Made by a program: the position numbers and the translations under genes
Part shown: positions 56,350-64,000 of the stretch, piece by piece
How positions within the stretch are numbered: position 1 is the stretch's first letter
How the letters are laid out: every line of letters starts with the position of its first letter
DNA from: Myxococcota bacterium
Lineage (GTDB): Bacteria > Myxococcota_A > UBA9042 > PHBI01 > JAWLBL01
NCBI GenBank assembly: GCA_041687695.1
Contig: JAWLBL010000036.1
Coordinates: 1-64,000 of the forward strand
Length of the DNA: 64,000 nucleotides
Direction of reading: 5' to 3'
Notes under the pieces: model-generated
Database searches by the model: none
Told to the model about the DNA's origin: nothing
What the model saw: the letters and a program-made list of their open reading frames with translations, nothing else

Positions 56350-56554
56350 GATCCTCCGTGGGCTTGCGGTGATGGATGGGGCTGCGCTCGCCGGGGCCGA
56401 AGACACGCGAGGGCGAGGGGCCCCGAGGGAGCGCCCCGCCCTTCGGAACGCGAGGCGCCCGACCGGCAGACGAGGAAATCCTAATCACCACCGGCCGTTG
56501 CGGCCAGGAAGCGGGCCGGGGCGCGTCAGGCGCGGAGGCCGGCGGGGCTCCGGG

Positions 56555-57373
56555 TCACTGCGGAGTCGTGTCCGCGAAGTGCCACACCGGGATGTCGACG
56601 GCGAAGGTGAACCACCAGCTGTTGGGGGTCGGGGTCTGGCCGATCTCGGCCACCAGCGGCGTCACGGAGTTGAGCCAGGCGTTGAGCTGCGCGCCCACCT
56701 TCCAGCCCCAGGCCTGCTCCTGGACCGGATCGCCGTCGAGGGAGGCCTCGGCGCCGGGCGCCCCCAGGCCGCCCAACAGGAAGTGGGCCCAGAAGGCGTT
56801 GGTGCCGGTGACGTGCTCGCCGTCGATGAGGCGCGCGTTCCAGGTGTATTGGTAGCGAACGCCGGCCGCGAGGTGGGTGACGCGCTGCCAGTCGTCGCGG
56901 CGGCTGGTCTCGCCCGCGCCGGCCGGGAGGTTGAAGACCAGCGAGCCGTGGATGAGGCCGGCCTCCACCAGGAGGTGATCGGTGGTCGGCACCTCGACCT
57001 CGGTGTAGGTGGTCGTGATGTGGGTGGTCGTGCGGGACTGATCGAGGGCGTAGGCGTACGTCGACGACCCCTCCCAGCTGAAGAGCGGGTAGCCGGCGTA
57101 CAGCTCCCACAGCAGGCTGCCCGATGAGTCGTCGTCCGCCTCGTTCAGGCCCACGCCCAGGTGGAGGCCCCCGCGGGTGTGCAGGAGCGCGGGCACATCG
57201 AAGCTGCCCGTGATGCGCAGATTGACGATGTGAAAGGGCGTGAGCAGGCCGAATCCCAGGGCGAGGTGGCCGACAGGCGGCTCGAAGGCCTGGTCGATGG
57301 GATCGGCGTGGGCCGTCTCGGCGGCGCACGGGAGGGAGAGGAGGACCAGCAGGGCGGCGCGCAGAAGTCTCAT
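56555..57373 (-). CDS. secreted hypothetical protein, possibly an outer-membrane beta-barrel
   Basis: Signal peptide ending AHA; amphipathic strands with aromatic residues (AGVRYQYTW, GWKVGAQL, WWFTFAVDIPVW). Confidence 0.6.
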   Translation of the reverse strand: MRLLRAALLVLLSLPCAAETAHADPIDQAFEPPVGHLALGFGLLTPFHIVNLRITGSFDVPALLHTRGGLHLGVGLNEADDDSSGSLLWELYAGYPLFSWEGSSTYAYALDQSRTTTHITTTYTEVEVPTTDHLLVEAGLIHGSLVFNLPAGAGETSRRDDWQRVTHLAAGVRYQYTWNARLIDGEHVTGTNAFWAHFLLGGLGAPGAEASLDGDPVQEQAWGWKVGAQLNAWLNSVTPLVAEIGQTPTPNSWWFTFAVDIPVWHFADTTPQ

Positions 57374-57632
57374 GTCGGGGTCTCCGCAAGGGGCCAATCA
57401 CCTCGAAATGACAGGGGACTACGCGGGCTGCAAGCTCGCAGCGCGCCATCGGCGGCGCGGTGTGGCAAATTGAGCAGGGTTGCTCACGGGCGAGTGAGCA
57501 GGGGCGCTCACGGCGGCATCGGTTCGGGCGCCGCGCAGCGCTCCGGTCGGCTCACCGAGCCTGGCGGCGGTTGCGCGGGGGATGGGGATGTGGTGGGGTC
57601 GGAGCTCGAGGCGAGCGCCGTGCGGGGGTGTC

Positions 57633-59207
57633 ATGTCGCGGGTCGGCCGGTGGAGCGCGCTGTTCGGGTTGGCGCTGGTGGGCGCCGGAGCGGGGCCGGC
57701 GGCCGCCACGCCGGGCGCGGACGGGCCTGCCGGGGTGCCGACGGGGCCCGCGCCGGCGGTCGAGGTCCGTGAGGGCGGGGACGTGCCGCGGCGCTGCCTC
57801 GGCTGGGCGCCGGAGGGCGAGCGGGTCTATGTGATCGAGCAGCGCTACGAGGGCGACCACCTGACGGAGCGCAGCGGGCGGGTCAGGCTGCTCGAGGTGG
57901 ACGTCACACGGCAGCGGGTGAAGGTCGTCAGGCGCATCGCCGACGAGGCCGACGCGCGGTCGTGGCCGGCGCCGCACGCGGACGGCTACGCGGACGACCG
58001 GGCGATGCTGCGGCTGGTGCGGGCCGTGCCGTGGCTGAACGCGTTCATCGCCAGGCGCGGACTCACGGCGTGCACGGCCGCCGAGGAGGCGGCGCCGTGG
58101 GCCTGGCTGGAGTGGCCGCGGGGACGTCCTCTGGTCGCCGCGGCGATGGGCGCGGTCGCGCGGCGCGGCTGGGAGTCGCCGGAGACCCTGGACGCCGCGG
58201 CGCCGCTGCTGGGGGTGCTGCTGGCCGCGCGACGTCCGGCCGCCCTCCTGACGCTGATCGAGCGGACCTCGCGGGATCCGCGTGAGGTGGTCGACCTCGA
58301 GGGGATCGCGCTGGAGGTCGAGCGGCTGGCGGCGCTCGCGCGGGCGCTCGGAGGCGCCAAGGACAGGGAGCTGCGGGCGCAGCTGCGGGCGGACTGGGCC
58401 AGGGTCGCGGACCTCGTCCGGGCGCAGGTGGCCGAGGCCGCCGAGCAGGACGACGCGCGGGACGTGGACGACACCGCCGTGCTGGCCTGGCGCGTGGTCG
58501 AGGTGCACGGCGAGCTGCGCCTGGGCGGCCGACCCGCCAAGGCCGTCGGGGTGGCCGAGCGCGCGACGCGGCCCGGGGCCGCGGAGGAGGTCGCGGTGGC
58601 GGCGGCGCGGGCGTGGGAGGCGCTGGGGGACACCAAGCGTTCGGAGGCGGCGCTGGCCGCGGTGCAGCAGCCCGAGGGTCGGCTGGAGGTGCGGCTGGCG
58701 GCCGTGCAGCGGCGCATGCGGCGCGGCGACGCCAAGCGGGCTGCGGCCGCCGTCGCGGCGCTGGAAGGCGAGCTGAGCGCCCTGGCGGGGCGGGCGGACC
58801 CGCCGCTGGAGGAGCTGGCCGCCGGCTGGCTCGAGGCCGGGCTGTCGAGGGCGCGGCTGGGGGATCCCGAAGCCGCCCGCGCGGCGCTGGCGAGGGCCGG
58901 CGCCAGCGATGAGAGCGCCACCCTGCTCGCGCGTCTGGCGGCCGAGCCGCCGCACGAGGTCACGCTGCCCGCATCGGTGGAGCGCTCGGCCCTGCTGGCG
59001 GCCGCCCAGGAGGGCCCGCCGCAGCTCTCCGAGCGGCTGGAGACGCTGCTGGCCGAGGCGTTGGCCGCCCGGGGCGACGACGAGGCCGCCCTGCAGATCG
59101 CGGAGGAGGGCGCGCGCGATTCGTTGCCCCTTCGCATCGCCGCGCAGCTGCTGGCTCGGGGTCACCGCCCCTCGGCGGCGCTGCTGAAGGAGCTGGACGA
59201 CCTCTGA
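57633..59207 (+). CDS. secreted hypothetical protein with TPR-like helical C-terminus
   Basis: Signal-like N-terminus; Ala/Leu-rich helical repeats (ARAWEALGDTKRS, SRARLGDPEAARAAL). Confidence 0.6.
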   Translation: MSRVGRWSALFGLALVGAGAGPAAATPGADGPAGVPTGPAPAVEVREGGDVPRRCLGWAPEGERVYVIEQRYEGDHLTERSGRVRLLEVDVTRQRVKVVRRIADEADARSWPAPHADGYADDRAMLRLVRAVPWLNAFIARRGLTACTAAEEAAPWAWLEWPRGRPLVAAAMGAVARRGWESPETLDAAAPLLGVLLAARRPAALLTLIERTSRDPREVVDLEGIALEVERLAALARALGGAKDRELRAQLRADWARVADLVRAQVAEAAEQDDARDVDDTAVLAWRVVEVHGELRLGGRPAKAVGVAERATRPGAAEEVAVAAARAWEALGDTKRSEAALAAVQQPEGRLEVRLAAVQRRMRRGDAKRAAAAVAALEGELSALAGRADPPLEELAAGWLEAGLSRARLGDPEAARAALARAGASDESATLLARLAAEPPHEVTLPASVERSALLAAAQEGPPQLSERLETLLAEALAARGDDEAALQIAEEGARDSLPLRIAAQLLARGHRPSAALLKELDDL

Positions 59208-59285
59208 GGCGCGGTGGGGCGGCGCCGCCGACGCGTTCCGGGGCGGTGGTGTCGGCAGGCTGGAGGGTCACCAGCCCGCACGAGG

Positions 59286-62200
59286 TCACATGACGTCGGG
59301 GCCGACGTTCTCGATGAAGCAGTCGTCGGGGTGGCCGAAGGCGAGCGGGTAGATGAAGCCCTCGGGGAGGTACTTGGCGGGGACCGGGGCGCCGTTGAGG
59401 TTGAGGTCCATGCCGTCGTCGTCCCAGGCGTCGTAGGCGGCCTGGTTGGCCTTGGCGCGGGCGTCGAAGGCGGCGATGAGCTGGGCGGGGGGCGTGCCGG
59501 GGACGTAGTCGTCGCCGATGAGGTTGGCGAAGATGGCGTCGCGCTGGGCGGCGACGAAGGGCGGGTCGTAGGTGACGACGGCCAGCTCGCCTTCGTAGAG
59601 CAGGCCGCGGTTGTTGGAGTTGCAGGAGCCGACCTCGAGCCAGACGTCGTCGATGACGACCAGCTTGGAGTGCAGGGAGTGGGGGACGAAGTGGGCGTCG
59701 ACCTCGTCGATGCAGAAGGTGCAGTCCGTGTCGACGTAGTCGAAGCTGCGCGTGGCGTAGGTGCGGTAGCGGGTGGGGAACTGGGCGGCGAGCTGCTGGT
59801 GGAGCTTGTAGGTCTGGAAGCAGCCGGGGTCGACCCACTCGTTGATGGGGTTGGTGACGACGATGAGGACGAGGCCGGGGACCTCGGCCATGCGGGCGGC
59901 GATGCGGTCGACCAGGATGGGGGCGCGGAAGTACTGGTCCTCGATGAAGATGTAGTCCGTCGCCTGTGAGACGGCGCGGAGCAGGGCGTCGAGGATGGCG
60001 TTGTCGTCGAAGGGCGCGGGCATGGTGGCGACGACCTGCACCTGCTGGCCGTCGGCGAAGGGGGCCGAGGGCGCGGCCGGGGTGAAGGGGGTCGACAGGT
60101 CGGCGTGCTGGACGTCGGCGGCGAGCTGGTGCTGCCAGCGCGTGTGGAAGATGGCCTCGACGTCGGCGGCGGCGGGGCCGTCGAGGCGGGCCATGTAGTC
60201 CTTGCGCGGGGTGAAGCTGGGCTTGGAGAGCTTGTCCATGACCTTCTGGCGGGCCGAGGAGGAGGCGTCGAAGGCCATACGCAGGGGGTCGAAGACGAGG
60301 TGGTCGGAGGTGTCCCAGTCGGTGGTCTTGAAGTTCATGCCGCCGACGAAGGAGACCTGGCCGTCGATGGTCAGGAACTTCTGGTGCCAGGAGGCGATGG
60401 GCAGGTTGAGCCAGCCGAGGCCGAGCGGGACGGCGCTGGTGTTGACCTGGATGGGCGGAGAGAAGGCCGGGTGCGGCGCGGCGGCGACCGGGGTGGGGGC
60501 GGCGGCGGTCGGGGCGTCGGAGGCGAGGACGCGGGCGGCGAAGTCGACCGGCTGGGGGGTGACGGTGAACTTGCCGTGGGCCTCGTTGGCCATGCCCATG
60601 AACTCGAAGTCGTCGGCGGGGGTGGTGGCCTTGGCCTCGAGGGCGTCGTCGATGGTGACGCCGCTGAGCAGGCCGTCCTGGCTGTAGAACTGGCCGACCA
60701 GGACGCGGCGGGCGACGCCTTCGAGGGCCTCGAGGCGGCCCATGATGGTGTTGAGCCACCGCTCGTCGGAGGGCAGCCAGGGGTGGAGCGCGGGGTCGCG
60801 GAGGACCTCGACGTCGCTGGTCCACCACCAGCTCGAGGCGTTGACGCGCTCGGTGGCGAGGGTGAGCTCGGCGGCGACGGTGGCCCAGGCCTCCTCGCCG
60901 TCGCGGAGCAGGGTGAGGCGGGTGCCGTGGCGCGGGGGACGGCCGCTGGGGGCGAACCAGCGGTGGGCGAGGCCGGCGTAGAGGGTGTAGTGGCGGACCT
61001 GCTGGTCGCCGAGCTGGCGGAGGTCGGTGGTGAGGGACCAGGCGGTCTTGGGCTGGCCGGCGGCGGACTTCCAGGTGAGGGCGCCGGGGCCGCCGCCGCC
61101 CGCGTAGGCGAGGGTGCCGACGAGGGGGTCGTGGAGGGCGGCGGAGACGTCGACGGCGAGGCTGGTCTTGCCGCACAGGGGGACGGTGAAGACGCCGCCC
61201 GGGGCAGAGGCGAGGGGCTCGCCGTCGGGGCCGGTGACGGTGAGGGCGGCGTCGGGGAGCGGCTGGGCCCAGACGTCGAGCGGGACGATCTCGAGCAGGG
61301 CGGTCTGGGCGCCGCAGCCGTCCGGGGCCCAGGCGCACTCGCAGAGGTCGCCGGCGCAGGCGGCGCCGCAGGCTGGGGCGGCGTCGGCGCACTGGTCGTC
61401 CCAGGCGACCTGGCAGCAGTAGGTGTCGTCGGCGCAGACGCAGGCCTCGACCGCGGGGTCGCCGCAGCCGGGCGCGTCCGCGGCGTCGCAGCAGTCGCCG
61501 CCGCCGCAGGCGCCGCAGTCGTCCGGGCAGGTGGCGCAGGACTCGGCGCCGTCGCACAGGCCGTCGCCGCAGGTCGGCGCGGGGGCGTCGCAGGTGGCGG
61601 CGCAGGTGTCGATGGCGCCCAGGACGCACAGGCTGTCCCAGGCGGTCGCGCAGCAGAAGGGGTCTGCCTGGCAGACGCAGGCCTCGAGGCTGGGGACCTC
61701 GCAGCCGGCGTCGGCGCGGGCCTGGCAGCAGTCGCCGGGGTCGCAGGGGCCGCAGTCGGCGGGGCAGGCGCCGCAGTCCTCGACGTCATCGCAGACGCCG
61801 TCGCCGCACTGGGGGGCCATGGCGCAGCCGGCGGCGCAGTCGTCGGCGGCCTGCTCGACGCAAAGGGCGTCCCACTCGACCTGGCAGCAGTAGGCGTCGA
61901 GGTCGCAGACGCACTGGGTGGTGGCCTGCGAGGCGCAGGCCGGCGCGTCATGGGGCGCGCAGCAGTCGCCCGACCCGGCGCAGAAGCCGCAGTCGCCGGG
62001 GCACGAGGCGCACGACTCGTCGGGGCCGCAGACGCCGTCGCCGCACTCAGCGTCGCCGGGGCCCGGGCCGGCGGCGCCGCAGCCGGCGAAGCACAGGACC
62101 GTGGCGGCCTCGACGCACTTGCCGGTCCAGGCGCCGTCCTCGGGGTCGCAGCAGACCGGCAGGTGGGCGCAGACGCAGTCCATGATGGCCGGGTCGGCGC

Positions 62201-62501
62201 AGCCGGGGGCGTCGCTGAGCTCGCAGCAGGTGTTCTCGGGGGCCGGCTGGGCGTCCGCAAGGTCGCCTTCGGCGTCGCCGGCGTCGGGGACGGCGGTGTC
62301 GGGCAGCTCGGGCGCGAGCGTGTCCTCGGGCGGGGTCTCGGCGTCGGGCTCGGCGTCGGCGACGTCCTGCGCCGTGACGTCCTGCGCGGCGCCATCCGGC
62401 TGCGCGGCGTCCACCAGCCCCTTGGGCCCGGTCGCGGTCGCGCCGTCGCCGCAGCCCATCACCAGGACGGCGGCCACGGCCGCGGCCAGGACCTTCCACA
62501 T
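59286..62501 (-). CDS. phospholipase D superfamily lipoprotein with N-terminal Cys-rich repeats
   Basis: Lipobox VMGC; two HKD motifs (WHQKFLTIDG, LHSKLVVIDD...GSCN); YIFIEDQYF. Confidence 0.9.
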   Translation of the reverse strand: MWKVLAAAVAAVLVMGCGDGATATGPKGLVDAAQPDGAAQDVTAQDVADAEPDAETPPEDTLAPELPDTAVPDAGDAEGDLADAQPAPENTCCELSDAPGCADPAIMDCVCAHLPVCCDPEDGAWTGKCVEAATVLCFAGCGAAGPGPGDAECGDGVCGPDESCASCPGDCGFCAGSGDCCAPHDAPACASQATTQCVCDLDAYCCQVEWDALCVEQAADDCAAGCAMAPQCGDGVCDDVEDCGACPADCGPCDPGDCCQARADAGCEVPSLEACVCQADPFCCATAWDSLCVLGAIDTCAATCDAPAPTCGDGLCDGAESCATCPDDCGACGGGDCCDAADAPGCGDPAVEACVCADDTYCCQVAWDDQCADAAPACGAACAGDLCECAWAPDGCGAQTALLEIVPLDVWAQPLPDAALTVTGPDGEPLASAPGGVFTVPLCGKTSLAVDVSAALHDPLVGTLAYAGGGGPGALTWKSAAGQPKTAWSLTTDLRQLGDQQVRHYTLYAGLAHRWFAPSGRPPRHGTRLTLLRDGEEAWATVAAELTLATERVNASSWWWTSDVEVLRDPALHPWLPSDERWLNTIMGRLEALEGVARRVLVGQFYSQDGLLSGVTIDDALEAKATTPADDFEFMGMANEAHGKFTVTPQPVDFAARVLASDAPTAAAPTPVAAAPHPAFSPPIQVNTSAVPLGLGWLNLPIASWHQKFLTIDGQVSFVGGMNFKTTDWDTSDHLVFDPLRMAFDASSSARQKVMDKLSKPSFTPRKDYMARLDGPAAADVEAIFHTRWQHQLAADVQHADLSTPFTPAAPSAPFADGQQVQVVATMPAPFDDNAILDALLRAVSQATDYIFIEDQYFRAPILVDRIAARMAEVPGLVLIVVTNPINEWVDPGCFQTYKLHQQLAAQFPTRYRTYATRSFDYVDTDCTFCIDEVDAHFVPHSLHSKLVVIDDVWLEVGSCNSNNRGLLYEGELAVVTYDPPFVAAQRDAIFANLIGDDYVPGTPPAQLIAAFDARAKANQAAYDAWDDDGMDLNLNGAPVPAKYLPEGFIYPLAFGHPDDCFIENVGPDVM

Positions 62502-62752
62502 CCTCGAGTCACCCTTCGCTCGCATCGCCCTACCCCGCTCGTCCGGCGCGCCGCCGCTCGGCCCGGGCCCCCACAGCCCGCGCTCATCCCCAACGGCGTT
62601 CGGCGGACCGTACCCCCGCCGGGGCGGGTTCGCCAAGGGCACCCTGGTGGGACGGCGAGCGGGCGGGCCGGGCTCTGTGAGATCCGGGTGTGTTGACAGG
62701 GCGCGAGGGGCCGGCGAAGGATGCCGCGCGTTCCTTCGACCCGGGAGTCTCC

Positions 62753-64000
62753 ATGCGATTCGCCGTTCCGCTCGTCTTTTCGATGGCTTGCGTCGCCCTG
62801 GCGGCGTGTGGAAGCAAGGAGGCGCCGGTGGAGGCGCGCGGGGCCTCGGGCACGGTGGCCGCGGCGCCCAACGGGGCGCAGGCGGTCGAGGCGCCCAACG
62901 GGGCGGAGGCGGTCGAGCCGGCGCAGGGCGCGGGCGCGGAGCCCGCGGCCGAGGCTGCGGCGGGGACCGCGGAGGCGAGCGCGCGCGCGGCGGTGGCCGC
63001 CGAGGCGCCGATCTATCTGGTCTGGACCTCTGGGGAGGACGGCGACGAGACGGTCTGGCTGGCGCCGGGGGCCCAGGGTGAGCACGAGGCGCTCGCCCGA
63101 AGGCCGCAGGTCGTGGCGTTTGCCGAGGGCACGCTGTGGGGCCTCGAGGAGCCCAAGGTGACCTTCCGGGCCGTCACGTGCCAGGACTTCAACGACGATG
63201 TGCTCGACCGCCCGGGGCCGCCGGCGACCTTGCCGTACCTGGCGGCGCGCGGGTTGGCGGGGGCGCGGAAGGGGGCGGTGGCCGAGGTCACGTCGCCCAA
63301 GTCGCAGTACTTCGACGGGGAGGCGGACGCGAAGGGTGTCTATCGTCTCATCGGCGAGCACTGGGGGCGCAAGGCCTCCGTCGCCGGCGGGTGGCCGGGG
63401 GTGCTGATGGCGGTGGACTGCGAGGGCGCCTACAGCTGCGGCGCGCACGGCGATCATGGCTGCCGGTTCGCCACCCATCGGTTCGGGGCGGAGGCGGGGG
63501 CCGATCCGATGCCAGCGGTGACCGAGGCGCTCGCGGGCGACACGGAGGCGCTGCTGAAGACCTGGAAGCGCGAGTCCGAAGGCGAGGTCGAGGAGGCCGC
63601 GGTCAAGGCCGTGTACCAGCGCGTCCGGGGCGGACGGCCGACGATCGAGTACGTGCTGGTGGCCGACACGTCGTACGCGGCGGGGACGGGTGACTGGGGC
63701 AGCTATACGCAGACCCGCAGCCACTTCGGGCCGGCCGTGGCGGCGCTGGGGATGCCCGCGGTGCCCGAGGCGGTGGCCAAGCAGGTGGCGCGGCTGCCGG
63801 AGCGGGCCACGTTCGGGTGGTCGGTGGTCCCGCCGGGGGCCGCGGCCGAGGTGAGGGCGGCGTTCGAGGAGGTGGCCTCGGTGCGCAAGCGCGAGGTCGA
63901 GCCCAGGGAGCGCGCCGAGGCCGTCAAGGACACGGCGACGGTCCTGGCGAAGGTGAACGAGGGGCGGGCGCTGACGAAGGCGAAGCGATACGCCGACGCC
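62753..64000 (+). CDS. lipoprotein, partial (runs off the right edge; TPR-like start at the end)
   Basis: MRFAVPLVFSMACVALAACGSKE lipobox, GGGAG RBS; appears open to the window end (…KVNEGRALTKAKRYADA). Confidence 0.7.
   Translation, partial: MRFAVPLVFSMACVALAACGSKEAPVEARGASGTVAAAPNGAQAVEAPNGAEAVEPAQGAGAEPAAEAAAGTAEASARAAVAAEAPIYLVWTSGEDGDETVWLAPGAQGEHEALARRPQVVAFAEGTLWGLEEPKVTFRAVTCQDFNDDVLDRPGPPATLPYLAARGLAGARKGAVAEVTSPKSQYFDGEADAKGVYRLIGEHWGRKASVAGGWPGVLMAVDCEGAYSCGAHGDHGCRFATHRFGAEAGADPMPAVTEALAGDTEALLKTWKRESEGEVEEAAVKAVYQRVRGGRPTIEYVLVADTSYAAGTGDWGSYTQTRSHFGPAVAALGMPAVPEAVAKQVARLPERATFGWSVVPPGAAAEVRAAFEEVASVRKREVEPRERAEAVKDTATVLAKVNEGRALTKAKRYADA

Overview
A 64-kb window of a very high-GC bacterial genome. 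The many lipoproteins, Cys-rich repeat proteins, Sel1 repeats and DUF4157 protein suggest a Myxococcota-like deltaproteobacterium (inference). It is almost entirely accessory DNA. I found no rRNA, tRNA, CRISPR-Cas, integrase or intact transposase. Main blocks: (i) 3.2-7.2 kb, a co-oriented cluster of a multi-pass membrane protein fused to an ECF-like sigma factor, a DUF4258-like protein, a B12-binding radical SAM enzyme and a CMPK2-like nucleotide kinase. This is my best candidate for an undescribed, viperin-analogous nucleotide-modifying system. (ii) 7.3-12.4 kb, an AAA-ATPase pseudogene and a drmC-like fragment fused at a REP-like hairpin, then a lower-GC DUF4157 effector-like operon. (iii) 12-23 kb, envelope and secreted proteins with a partial gene duplication. 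(iv) 23.6-41 kb, a defence island: NYN/PIN protein, 2OG-Fe(II) oxygenase, two VapC-type toxin-antitoxin modules, a SWIM-SNF2 helicase and a complete type II Wadjet jetABCD. (v) 41-50 kb, a hydrolase-glycosyltransferase/GNAT/desaturase/AAA-regulator cluster followed by a 42/43-bp higher-order tandem array. (vi) 50-64 kb, a pentaheme cytochrome, a MITE-like palindrome, a stand-alone infC paralogue and a Cys-rich phospholipase D lipoprotein. All family assignments come from motif recognition by eye; no database searches were run.
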